Shown here: positions 20,056 to 28,923 of the stretch, in pieces
How the letters are laid out: the number at the start of each line of letters is the position of its first letter
Numbering within the stretch: the first letter of the stretch is position 1
Assembly: GCA_903863315.1 (NCBI GenBank)
Contig: CAIPBN010000374.1
Location: forward strand, 1-35,308
Direction: 5' to 3'
Length of the DNA stretch: 35,308 bases
Origin: an uncultured Verrucomicrobiota bacterium
GTDB lineage: Bacteria > Verrucomicrobiota > Verrucomicrobiia > Limisphaerales > SXTU01
The notes under the pieces: model-generated
What the model was told of the DNA's origin: nothing
The model's input: the letters and a program-made list of their open reading frames with translations, nothing else
The model's database searches: none
Position numbers and translations under genes: made by a program

Positions 20056-21177
20056 TCATCGCAACCGCCGGATCAACCAGAAGCCGATGGCGGCAAAGAT
20101 GGCGTTGGGGCCCCAGCCCGCCAGCCAGCCGGGCACATGCCCGCCCGTGCCCAGCACGAGCGACAGCCGCGACAGCACGAAGAAGCCGAACCCGACGCCA
20201 ATGCTCACCGCGACGCCGATGGCCACGTTGCGCCGGCCCGGCGCGGCTCCGAAGGGCAGCGCCAGCAGCACCACGACGAGGCAGGTCAGCGGGGCGGCCA
20301 GCCGGCCGTGGAACTGCGTGCTCAGCTCATCGGCCTTGGAGCCGGTCAGGTGCGGGTGGAGCCGCTGGTAGTCCAGAATCTCCGCGAGGCTGAGGCGCAG
20401 CTTCTTCGCCGCCTTCAACGCGCTGAGGGAGCTGACCTTGATCTCGCTCTTGATGAGCCGGGGAGTTTCGTTGAACTCGGGAAAGCTGATCTGGTTGGTC
20501 TGGGTGCGCACGGGGAAGTCCAAATTGGATGACTCATAAGTGAAATAGAGCGCGTTGGTGAAATGCCAGACGCCGTCCCGGTAGGCGGCCCGCTCGGCGA
20601 AGAGCACGCGCCGCATGCGGTCGGGCCCGGTCCACTCGACGTTCACCCGGAGCATTTCATGCACGTAGAGGCCGTATGCGCCGATCTTCCAAGAGCGCCC
20701 GGCAACGTCGTTGTTGAAGTTCAAGTTGCGGTGCCATTGCAGCTCCGTCTGCTGCTCGGGCTTGGTCTGGTGGCGGTTTAGCACGGCTTCCGCCGCTTCC
20801 TGCCCGTTCGGCCCGAGGAACTCGCTGCTGACGAACAACAGGACACTGAACAACAACCCCACGCCCAAGTAGGGTGCGGCCAGCCGCCACAAGCTCACGC
20901 CCGCCGCCCGGATGGCGATCAGTTCGTGGTGTCGGGCGTGCTGGGCCAGAGCGTAGAGCAGCGCCAGCAACAGGCCCATGGGCAGCACCGTGGGGAGCAT
21001 TTCGGGCGATTTGTAGAGGTAGAACTCTGCGATGTCGCGCCCGGTCAGCCCGCGCCCTTGCAGCATAGGCAGCTCGTTCATCAAGTCCGCTGACACGAAG
21101 AAGATGAAAAAGCCCCCCAAGCAGTAAAGCAGCGGGATCATCAACTCGCGCAGCAAATAGCGGTCGAGCAGGCGCAT
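20056..21177 (-). CDS. LptF/LptG (YjgP/YjgQ) family permease
   Basis: MRLLDRYLLRELMIPLL... is the typical family N-terminus (ATG at 21177; the ORF-track start at 21258 adds 27 non-conserved residues). There are three N-terminal TM helices, a periplasmic beta-jellyroll-like region and three C-terminal TM helices. Confidence 0.85.
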   Translation of the reverse strand: MRLLDRYLLRELMIPLLYCLGGFFIFFVSADLMNELPMLQGRGLTGRDIAEFYLYKSPEMLPTVLPMGLLLALLYALAQHARHHELIAIRAAGVSLWRLAAPYLGVGLLFSVLLFVSSEFLGPNGQEAAEAVLNRHQTKPEQQTELQWHRNLNFNNDVAGRSWKIGAYGLYVHEMLRVNVEWTGPDRMRRVLFAERAAYRDGVWHFTNALYFTYESSNLDFPVRTQTNQISFPEFNETPRLIKSEIKVSSLSALKAAKKLRLSLAEILDYQRLHPHLTGSKADELSTQFHGRLAAPLTCLVVVLLALPFGAAPGRRNVAIGVAVSIGVGFGFFVLSRLSLVLGTGGHVPGWLAGWGPNAIFAAIGFWLIRRLR

Positions 21178-21358
21178 TGCCCCGCAGCGTAAGGGCACCC
21201 CGCCGGGGCTGGCAAGCAAGCCGCCCCGAGGCAATTTAAGAGTGAAGGCCCAAGACACCCACGGCCGGGGAATTTCCTCGCCTTGGCCTGAATGCCCCGC
21301 AATAAATCCTGCCCACGTCCGTCGAAGCCTGACCTTTTGCCGTTAGCTCATCATTAAA

Positions 21359-24046
21359 ATGAAACTAAAGTCCCTCCTTGTTGCTGGCGTTTTGCTGGCG
21401 ACGTCGCTCACCCATCTGGCTGCCGCCGGCTTCGAGTTGAAGCCGGGCGAGAACGTCGCCCTCATCGGTAACGCCCTCGCTGACCGCATGCAGCATCACG
21501 GCTGGCTGGAGACACTCGTCCACGCCAAGCTGCCCAAGCACAACCTCGTGTTTCGCAACCTTGCCGCCGCCGGCGATGAAGTCGCCGGCTTTACCGACAA
21601 GCCCGACGCGAAGTTCCGTATGCGCTCGGACAACTTCGGCTCCTCCGATGACTGGCTCAAGCGCACGCAGGCCGACGTGGTCTGGGCGTTCTTCGGCTAC
21701 AACGAGTCCTTCGCTGGCGACGCCGGGCTGGACAAGTTCAAGGACGAGTTGGGCCGCTTCATCAAGCACACCCAAGGTCAGAACTACAGCGGCAAGGGCA
21801 ACGCCCGGCTGGTGCTCTTCTCCCCCATTGCTGCCGAACCGAGCAACGACCCCAACCGCGCCAAAGCCGAGCCGCTGAACGCCAACTTGAAGAAATACAG
21901 CGCCGCCATGGCCGAGGTGGCCAAGGCCGGGAATGTCCCGTTCGTGGACCTTTTCGCCATCTCCTCGGAGCTCTACGGCCGGGCGGCGAAGACCGGCCAG
22001 ACGCTGACTTTCAACACCATCCACCTCACCGAGGCGGGCGACAAGGCACTCGCGCCTGAGGCCTTCCGCGCGCTGTTTGGCGAGACGGCTCCCGGCGGCA
22101 ATCTCGACAAGCTCCGTGCCGCCGTGCTGGAGAAGAACCACGACTGGCACCAGCGCTACCGCACGGTGGACGGCTACAACGTCTATGGCGGCCGCTCCAA
22201 ACTTTCCTTCCCCGTAGAAGGCGCGGCGGCCAAGAGCAAGGACGCCCCGAAAATCACCAACTACGACGTCATGCAGGATGAGATGGCCCAGCGCGACGTG
22301 AAAACTGCCAACCGCGACAAGGTTGTCTGGGCCGTGGCCAAAGGCGGCACGGCAAAGGTGGATGACAGCAACCTCCCGCCCGTGCGCACGCTCAAGTCCA
22401 ACCGCCCGGATGATTTCTACAAGCCTTTCCCCAGCGGCGAGGAGGCCATCAAGCACATGACTGTTGCCAAGGGTGCCAAGATCACGCTGGTCGCCGAGGA
22501 GAAGCAATTCCCCGAACTGGCCAGCCCTGTGCAGATGGGCTTCGACACCAAGGGCCGCCTTTGGGTCGCCGCCTGGCCGAGCTATCCCGAACTGCGCCCG
22601 ACGGACAAGGTGTTCGACAAGCTGCTCGTCTTTGACCTCGGCGCGGACGGCAAGGCGAAGAAGGTCACGACCTTCCTCGACGGCCTGAACTGCCCGACTG
22701 GCTTCCAGTTCCAAAAGGACGGCGTGCTCGTGGTGCAGGCCCCGGATGTCTGGTTCGCGCGCGACACGAATGGCGATGGCAAGGCCGACTGGAAGGAGCG
22801 CGTCGTCATGGGACTCGATTCCGCGGACTCCCACCACACGGCGAATGCGATGGCCTACGGTCCCGGGGGCGACACCTTCCTGAGCGACGGTGTCTTCCAC
22901 CGCACGCAGATGGAGACCGCCTACGGCCCGCCCGTGCGCAACAGCGACGGCTGCATCTACCGTCTCGAACCGCTCACGGGCAAACTGGAGCGCTACATCC
23001 CCTATGGCTTCGCCAATCCGCACGGCAAAGTCTTCGACCGTTGGGGCAACGACATCATCACCGACGCCACCGGCAACGCGAACTACTTCGGCCCGGCCTT
23101 CAGTGGCATGATTGATGCCCCCGCCAAGCACGGGAAGCTGAACGAGTTTTGGAAGCGCCCGTCCCGCCCGTGCCCTGGCACCGGCATGGTTTCCAGCCGC
23201 CACTTCCCGGAGGACTGGCAGGGAAATTTCCTCAACGCCAACGTCATTGGCTTCCAGGGCATCTTCCGCGTGAAAGTCACCGAGGACGGTGCCGGACTCA
23301 AAGGCGAGACCCTCGAAGACCTCGTGAAGGGCGACAACGCGATGATTCCCAACTTCCGCCCGTCCTGCATGGCCGTCGCGCCGGATGGCTCCATCTATTT
23401 CTGCGACTGGGCCAAGGAGCTGATCGGCCACATGCAGCATCACATCCGTGACCCCGGCCGCGACAAAACCCACGGCCGCATCTACCGCATCACCTTCGAG
23501 GGCCGCGACCTGCTCAAGCCGGTCAAGATAGACGGCGAACCCGTTGAGAAGCTGCTCGAAGCTCTCAAAACGCCCGAGGACGATGTCCGCACCCGCGCGA
23601 AGATCGAGTTGAGCAAGCACGACTCTGCCAAGGTTGTCGCCGCCACCAAGAAGTGGGCCGCCGGCCTGAGCAAGACCGACAAGGATTACGCCCATCACCT
23701 GACCGAGGCCCTCTGGGTCCACCAGTGGCACAACATCGTGGACGAGGCCTTGCTGAAGGACGTGCTCCGCTCCCCGGATTACCACGCCCGCGCCGCCGCC
23801 ACCCGCGTCCTCTGCTACTGGCGCGACCGCGTGAAGGACCCGCTCGCCCTTCTGAAGGTGCAGGCCGCTGACGACCATCCGCGCGTCCGCCTCGAAGCCA
23901 TCCGCGCATGCAGCTTCTTCACCACCAGCGCCGCCGCCGAAGTCGCCCTCGGCGCGTTGGAGAAGGAGGCGGACCCGAACAAGCCCGATTATTACATCAA
24001 GTATTGCCTCGACGAGACGCTCAAGCAGCTCGGCAAATACAAGTAG
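21359..24046 (+). CDS. Secreted multidomain protein: SGNH/GDSL-like domain (degenerate catalytic residues), PVC-type 'membrane-bound dehydrogenase' beta-propeller domain, and HEAT repeats
   Basis: 895-aa ORF with signal peptide MKLKSLLVAGVLLATSLTHLAAAG. The SGNH-like N-domain has IGNALADR in place of GDS. The central region (FPELASPVQMGFDTKGRLWVAAWPSYP...) resembles the Planctomycete/Verrucomicrobia dehydrogenase-domain family recalled from memory. The C-terminus has HEAT-like repeats (DDVRTRAKIEL, HARAAATRVL, DHPRVRLEAIRA). No CxxCH heme motif is seen. Confidence 0.8.
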   Translation: MKLKSLLVAGVLLATSLTHLAAAGFELKPGENVALIGNALADRMQHHGWLETLVHAKLPKHNLVFRNLAAAGDEVAGFTDKPDAKFRMRSDNFGSSDDWLKRTQADVVWAFFGYNESFAGDAGLDKFKDELGRFIKHTQGQNYSGKGNARLVLFSPIAAEPSNDPNRAKAEPLNANLKKYSAAMAEVAKAGNVPFVDLFAISSELYGRAAKTGQTLTFNTIHLTEAGDKALAPEAFRALFGETAPGGNLDKLRAAVLEKNHDWHQRYRTVDGYNVYGGRSKLSFPVEGAAAKSKDAPKITNYDVMQDEMAQRDVKTANRDKVVWAVAKGGTAKVDDSNLPPVRTLKSNRPDDFYKPFPSGEEAIKHMTVAKGAKITLVAEEKQFPELASPVQMGFDTKGRLWVAAWPSYPELRPTDKVFDKLLVFDLGADGKAKKVTTFLDGLNCPTGFQFQKDGVLVVQAPDVWFARDTNGDGKADWKERVVMGLDSADSHHTANAMAYGPGGDTFLSDGVFHRTQMETAYGPPVRNSDGCIYRLEPLTGKLERYIPYGFANPHGKVFDRWGNDIITDATGNANYFGPAFSGMIDAPAKHGKLNEFWKRPSRPCPGTGMVSSRHFPEDWQGNFLNANVIGFQGIFRVKVTEDGAGLKGETLEDLVKGDNAMIPNFRPSCMAVAPDGSIYFCDWAKELIGHMQHHIRDPGRDKTHGRIYRITFEGRDLLKPVKIDGEPVEKLLEALKTPEDDVRTRAKIELSKHDSAKVVAATKKWAAGLSKTDKDYAHHLTEALWVHQWHNIVDEALLKDVLRSPDYHARAAATRVLCYWRDRVKDPLALLKVQAADDHPRVRLEAIRACSFFTTSAAAEVALGALEKEADPNKPDYYIKYCLDETLKQLGKYK

Positions 24047-24068
24047 CCCCGGCAGTTCAGATGCTCCG

Positions 24069-24100
24069 AGAGCCGGCGGGCAACCGCCGGCTCTTTTGCT
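24069..24100 (+). terminator. Rho-independent terminator
   Basis: AGAGCCGGCGG-GCAA-CCGCCGGCTCT hairpin (24069..24094) followed by TTTGCTT. It lies 23 nt after the stop of the 895-aa gene. Confidence 0.8.
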
Positions 24101-24305
24101 TGCGGTCTGTCCGATGCAGAGGCGGCTGCCCAGCGGACTCAACCAGTAGCGGCGTGTTCTCCGCCGGCTGAGCCGAGTTGGTCATGATCCCATTTCAAAA
24201 TCGGGCAACCGGAGCGAAATAGTCACTTGTCAACGCGCCGCGAAGTGACATGTTCGGCCGCGTCTTTAATCGAGCGATGCTCCTACAAACTTCATTGGCG
24301 CTTCA

Positions 24306-24782
24306 GTGCCACCTTGTCTGGCCTTGAATTCGCCTGCTCCCGTTTCCCAACCTCCGCCGTTGCCAGGGCGGGTTTTAGTGGTGGATGACAACGAATCCAT
24401 CCGCGTGTTCCTTCGCCATTTCTTCAAACTCGAGGGGATACCAGTGGAGATCGTTGATTCACCAGCGCGGGCGCTGGAGCTGTTTCGAGCCGACCCCCAG
24501 CATTTTTCCATGCTGCTCACCGATTGTGAGATGCCGGGAATGAGCGGGCTGGAGCTGGCCCACGAAGTGCGCCAAGTGCGATTTGACCTGCCCATGGTCA
24601 TTTTTTCCACCTCGGTGACGGTGCTGGGGCCCAACCGCTTTCTCAGCCAGGGCTTCGTGGCGGCGTTGCCCAAGCCGGTGGCTTTGGATCGCTTGCGCAG
24701 GGCTGTGCGCGGGGTCTTGGATCCCGACTATCCTGCCAGGCAACCAGGCAGCCAGGCGTCGGTTGTTCCGGCGGCGAATTAA
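24306..24782 (+). CDS. Single-domain response regulator (receiver only)
   Basis: RVLVVDDNESIR, the phospho-acceptor context MLLTDCEMPGMSG, and AALPKP (conserved Lys). The start is uncertain: GTG at 24306, or TTG at 24360 giving MPGRVLVVDD. Confidence 0.8.
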   Translation: MPPCLALNSPAPVSQPPPLPGRVLVVDDNESIRVFLRHFFKLEGIPVEIVDSPARALELFRADPQHFSMLLTDCEMPGMSGLELAHEVRQVRFDLPMVIFSTSVTVLGPNRFLSQGFVAALPKPVALDRLRRAVRGVLDPDYPARQPGSQASVVPAAN

Positions 24783-24864
24783 GTCCTGAACGGGCTTGGG
24801 ACAAACCCCGCCTTCTGGTTTCGGCATTTGCAACCCACCGCAGCCCGCCTACAGTCCGCGCGCT

Positions 24865-26064
24865 ATGAAAGCGGTGTTTGACCCAATCGAAGCTGCGCTC
24901 GCCGATCTCCGGCGTGGGCGGATGGTCATCGTGGTAGATGACGAGGATCGCGAAAACGAGGGCGACCTCATCCTTGCAGCGGAACACGCGACGCCAACGG
25001 CGGTGAACTTCATGGCCCGGTTTGGGCGCGGGCTCATCTGCGTGCCGACCGTGGGCGAGCGGCTCAAGCAACTGGGGGTCGAGCGCATGGTCACGCAGAA
25101 CCGCGAGACCTTCAAAACGGACTTCCAGGTGAGCGTGGACGCGGCGTCCGGCATCACTACCGGCATCAGCGCGGCGGACCGTGCCCGCACCATTCAAATC
25201 ATGGCGGATCCAACGGCCCTGCCGGACGATCTGGTCCAGCCGGGGCATGTGTTTCCGCTGCGGGCCAAGCCGGGCGGAGTGCTCCAGCGCGCCGGCCACA
25301 CCGAGGCGGCGGTGGACTTGGTGCGGCTGGCCGGTTGCCGGCCCGTCGGCGTGATCTGCGAGATCATGTCCGACGACGGCACGATGGCGCGGCTGCCAGA
25401 GCTGCGGAAGTTTGCCCGCAAGCACAAGCTGAGGATCTGCTCGATCGCAGATCTCATCAGCCACCGACGCTCCCGGGAAAAGCTCGTGGAGCATGTCGAG
25501 GTGGTGAAGATGCCGACGGATTACGGTGACTTCGATCTGCACCTTTACGTGTCGCGCACGGACGGCCAGAACCATCTCGCCTTGGTGAAGGGAGACGTCC
25601 GCGAGCAGTCTGACGTGCTCGTGCGCGTCCACAGCGAATGCCTCACGGGGGATGTCTTCGGCTCGCGCCGGTGCGACTGCGGACCGCAGTTGCATCAGGC
25701 CATGAAGCAGGTCGCCGCCGCCGGACGCGGGGTGATTCTCTACATGCGCCAGGAAGGCCGCGGCATCGGGCTGGGCCCGAAAATCCAGGCCTACAAATTG
25801 CAGGAAAAGGGCCTGGACACCGTGGAGGCGAATCAGAAGCTGGGTTACGCGATGGACCTGCGCGAGTATGGGCTGGGTGCCCAGATCCTGTGTGACCTCG
25901 GGTTGCAGACAATCCGGCTGCTGACGAACAACCCAAAGAAGATCGTCGGCCTCGAAGGCTACGGCCTGAAAATCGTGGAGCAGGTGCCCATCCGCGTCTC
26001 GCCCAACCCGCACAACGCCCGTTACCTCAAGACCAAGCGGGAGAAGCTTGGCCATCTGCTGTGA
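24865..26064 (+). CDS. ribBA: Bifunctional 3,4-dihydroxy-2-butanone-4-phosphate synthase / GTP cyclohydrolase II
   Basis: DHBPS motifs VVDDEDRENEGDL and HTEAAVDL. GCH-II zinc motif HSECLTGDVFGSRRCDCGPQL and YMRQEGRGIGL. The ATG at 24865 (MKAVFDPIEAAL) gives the canonical N-terminus. Confidence 0.95.
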   Translation: MKAVFDPIEAALADLRRGRMVIVVDDEDRENEGDLILAAEHATPTAVNFMARFGRGLICVPTVGERLKQLGVERMVTQNRETFKTDFQVSVDAASGITTGISAADRARTIQIMADPTALPDDLVQPGHVFPLRAKPGGVLQRAGHTEAAVDLVRLAGCRPVGVICEIMSDDGTMARLPELRKFARKHKLRICSIADLISHRRSREKLVEHVEVVKMPTDYGDFDLHLYVSRTDGQNHLALVKGDVREQSDVLVRVHSECLTGDVFGSRRCDCGPQLHQAMKQVAAAGRGVILYMRQEGRGIGLGPKIQAYKLQEKGLDTVEANQKLGYAMDLREYGLGAQILCDLGLQTIRLLTNNPKKIVGLEGYGLKIVEQVPIRVSPNPHNARYLKTKREKLGHLL

Positions 26065-26120
26065 TACCGGTGGAGTAATTATGGTCGAAGAGATTTCTTC
26101 TCCCGGCCCGATCAACCCCC

Positions 26121-26612
26121 ATGCTAAAAAAGATCAAAGCCATCAAGTCAGCGGCGGGCGGCGGACGCTTCGCCATCGTCGCCTCCCAATACAATGCCCG
26201 CTACGTGGACGGAATGCTGCGCGCGGCGCGGGCGGAGCTGAAGCAGGCGGGAGCGGCGGAGGTTCAAGTGACGCGGGTGCCCGGAGCGTTTGAGATTCCC
26301 GTCGTTGCCGGCGTGCTCGCGCGCCAGACACCCCCGTGGGACGCGGTGATCTGTCTGGGCGTGATCCTGCAAGGCCAGACCTCACATGCGGAGCATGTCG
26401 GCGAGGCGGTGACGACTGGCTTGATGCAACTGGCCGTGGCGACCGGTGTGCCCATGATTCACGAGGTGCTGGTCTTCACCCACGAGGAGCAGGCCCGCGT
26501 GCGCTGTCTCAGCCAGGAATTCAACCGTGGCGCGGAGGCCGCTCAAACGGCGGTGAAGATGGCCCGGGTGATGGCCCAACTGGCCCCGGCCGAGAACGAT
26601 CTGCCGTTCTGA
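26121..26612 (+). CDS. ribH: 6,7-dimethyl-8-ribityllumazine synthase
   Basis: 163-aa ORF with RVPGAFEIPV, AVICLGVILQGQTSHAEHV and lumazine synthase length. It directly follows ribBA. Confidence 0.93.
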   Translation: MLKKIKAIKSAAGGGRFAIVASQYNARYVDGMLRAARAELKQAGAAEVQVTRVPGAFEIPVVAGVLARQTPPWDAVICLGVILQGQTSHAEHVGEAVTTGLMQLAVATGVPMIHEVLVFTHEEQARVRCLSQEFNRGAEAAQTAVKMARVMAQLAPAENDLPF

Positions 26613-26656
26613 CGTGAACCCTGTGTGCGCGGCCAGCGCGGCTCCGGTGCCGTGGA

Positions 26657-27664
26657 CTAACGCTTCAAATAGTCGTGCAGGCGGAACCACTCTGCGGCGT
26701 CCTGCAACGCCTGGCGCGGCGGGGTTTGGGGCAGGCCCAGCTCGCGGATCGCCTTGGCGGGATTGAAGAACATCTTGTAGCGCGCCATGCGCACGCCGGC
26801 GAGCGGGGCCTTCGGCGGCTTGCCAGTCAGTTTGGAAATGCCTTCGTCCACATACGCTGCCAGGAGCGGAATGAAATACGGCAGCGCCAGCTTGGGCGCG
26901 GGGACGCCCGTGATGTCCTCCAGCACGGCAAAGGCCTCGCGCATTGTCCAGTTGCCTTCCGCGTTGCCAAGGATGTAGCGCTCGCCGATGCGGCCCTTCT
27001 CAGCGGCGAGGATGTGCCCGACGGCCACGTCACGGACATGCACCCAGTTCAGGCCGGTGTCGAGATAGGCTGGCATGGCGCGGTTCAGGAAATCGACGAT
27101 GACCTTGCCGGTGGGCGTCGGCTTCACGTCTCGCGGGCCGATGGGTGCGCTGGGATTGACGATGACGATGGGTAGCCCGCGCTTCACCAGCTCGCGGGCG
27201 ACGACTTCGGCCCGCCACTTCGAGAGCTTGTAGTGGTTGCTCATCTGCGCCTCGGAGACGGGTGTGTCCTCGTCGGTGGGCACCAGCCGACCATCCACTT
27301 CCTGAGGTAGGCCGATACAGCCAACAGTGCTGGTGTAAACGATGCGCGAGCAGTCGGCGAGGAAGGCGGTCTCCAGCACGTTGCGGGTGCCGTCCACATT
27401 CGCGGCATACATCGGCGCGTAATCGGGCAGCCAGAGGTGGTAGCTGGCGGCGACGTGGAAGCACCAGTCAAAGCCCTTCATCCCGGCTTCGAGCAGCTTG
27501 CGGTCGGCGATGTCCCCTTCGAGCAGTTCGTAGTCCGCGCCAGCGAGGCCGCGCAAATCCGCATCTTTCCGCGCCAGCACCCGGACGTCGTGCCCGCGGC
27601 GACAGAGCTCGTGAACGAGGTTGGCCCCAATGAATCCGGAGCCGCCAGTGACAAAACACTTCAT
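26657..27664 (-). CDS. NAD(P)-dependent epimerase/dehydratase (extended SDR; HpnA / dihydroflavonol-reductase-like)
   Basis: 335-aa ORF with Rossmann motif VTGGSGFIGANLV and catalytic YxxxK in HYKLSKWRAE. Confidence 0.85.
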   Translation of the reverse strand: MKCFVTGGSGFIGANLVHELCRRGHDVRVLARKDADLRGLAGADYELLEGDIADRKLLEAGMKGFDWCFHVAASYHLWLPDYAPMYAANVDGTRNVLETAFLADCSRIVYTSTVGCIGLPQEVDGRLVPTDEDTPVSEAQMSNHYKLSKWRAEVVARELVKRGLPIVIVNPSAPIGPRDVKPTPTGKVIVDFLNRAMPAYLDTGLNWVHVRDVAVGHILAAEKGRIGERYILGNAEGNWTMREAFAVLEDITGVPAPKLALPYFIPLLAAYVDEGISKLTGKPPKAPLAGVRMARYKMFFNPAKAIRELGLPQTPPRQALQDAAEWFRLHDYLKR

Positions 27665-27773
27665 GTTGGCTTGCGCCGAGGCGCAAATGGGCGGGCAGCT
27701 TGGCGGGTGGCCAACAGTCGCACAAGCCTAACAGAGGCCAGTCTGGAGACCCGCAGAACTGGGCTCAACCGCA

Positions 27774-27830
27774 GGTTAAAACTTCAACGAGGACGGCGGC
27801 CGAAGGCGATGCGAAGCCAGCCGCTCGTTG
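27774..27830 (-). terminator. Candidate terminator hairpin downstream of the outer-membrane protein gene
   Basis: CAACGAG (27785..27791) pairs with CTCGTTG (27824..27830), with additional imperfect inner pairing (CGGCGGC / GCCAGCCG). On the minus strand the hairpin is followed by GAAGTTTTAAC. The loop is large and the T-tract weak. Confidence 0.3.
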
Positions 27831-27859
27831 CAGCTTAGGCGTCGGTCAGAGAAGGGAAG

Positions 27860-28756
27860 TTAGAACCGTCCGTTGAGGGACAGGCCGACGTAGCCGGCTC
27901 CGTTGTCGCTGAGCTGGGTGTCCGCCTGATAATAAACCCAGCGGCGGTCGAGCACATAGCCACCCTCAAAACCGAGGTTGAAGTGACGGTTGAAGCGATA
28001 TTGAAAGCCGCCGCCCAGCCGCCACTCCCGGTAGTCGAGCATCCGGCCATCCAACGCCGGGTTGGCAGCGGTGCGGGTGCCGTTGTCGCGCGCGGTGCGG
28101 TAGGCAACCTGACGCCACTCCGCGCCGGCGAAGAGCAGCAGATCCTCGCTGGCCTGCAACTCGATTTGCGGCCGGGGCATGACGAGGTTCAACGTCCAGT
28201 TGTCAGCGAAACGCCAGCGCACCCCGGGGCCGCCCAGCACACTGTATTGGGAGCGGAGATCGACATAGACGCCCAGCATCCACAGCAGGTCCTCGTTTGC
28301 CTCCCAGGCCAGCACCGCGTTGAATGGCACGTTCACATCGCCCCAGCTCAAGTCCAAGAAATCGCTGTAAATGCCCGGCCGGGCGTTGGCCCAGAAGGAA
28401 AGATCCTTCAACAGGGACCAGTTGCCGGTGAGCTGCAGGCCGACGTTGCCCAGCACCTTGGGAATGGGCATGCCGGGAGGCGTGTCGAAATCATTGCGCC
28501 GATACTCGGCGGCCACGCGGTAGGAGAAGTTGTCCGTGGGCCGGGCCGCCCAGCCGACCACGAGCCGCGTTTGCACGGCTTCCACGGTGCCGAGCCGAGC
28601 CTGCCCGAGCGAAATGCGGGAATCAGAGGTGTAGGCGGCGGCGGCCTCATACTCCAGTTGGGGAACGGTCCGGGGCGGGGCATGCCAGAAGTCCGCGTGG
28701 GCAGCCATGGTGGAACACATCAATGCCAGCCCAATAAGCGTCCGTTTCATGCTCAT
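27860..28756 (-). CDS. Outer-membrane beta-barrel protein (uncharacterised family)
   Basis: Signal peptide MSMKRTLIGLALMCSTMAAHA (ATG at 28756 or 28750). The body is rich in alternating aromatic/hydrophilic residues, and the C-terminal sequence ...VGLSLNGRF ends in Phe as in OMP beta-signals. Confidence 0.7.
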   Translation of the reverse strand: MSMKRTLIGLALMCSTMAAHADFWHAPPRTVPQLEYEAAAAYTSDSRISLGQARLGTVEAVQTRLVVGWAARPTDNFSYRVAAEYRRNDFDTPPGMPIPKVLGNVGLQLTGNWSLLKDLSFWANARPGIYSDFLDLSWGDVNVPFNAVLAWEANEDLLWMLGVYVDLRSQYSVLGGPGVRWRFADNWTLNLVMPRPQIELQASEDLLLFAGAEWRQVAYRTARDNGTRTAANPALDGRMLDYREWRLGGGFQYRFNRHFNLGFEGGYVLDRRWVYYQADTQLSDNGAGYVGLSLNGRF

Positions 28757-28923
28757 GCAGGGCAGAGGATGATCAAACGCAACGGACTTGGCAAGGCACG
28801 GGTTCAGCGGATTTGGGCAGCCCTCGGGATCCGGAGCGGGCACCATTTTGATTGTCGGCCTTGGGAATTGTGACTACACAGCATGGACGTGGTGCGGTTC
28901 GCACTGCGGTGGTTTTCCTTTGC

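Noticed and set aside
21365-24142. A 925-aa stop-free ORF on the minus strand covers, and is longer than, the 895-aa plus-strand gene.
   Set aside because: Its translation is Ala/Gly/Arg/Val-rich and low in complexity, with no recognisable motifs. The plus-strand product has a signal peptide and coherent domain motifs. Long antisense open frames are expected in GC-rich coding DNA.
24266-24673. A 135-aa minus-strand ORF opposite the receiver gene.
   Set aside because: It is antisense to a clear receiver domain and shows no motifs. The plus-strand frame carries the conserved DD...D...K receiver residues.
24783-24864. An FMN (RFN) riboswitch was expected upstream of ribBA.
   Set aside because: The gap is only 82 nt, and I could not find the conserved RFN core segments by eye. 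A covariance-model scan would be needed to be certain.
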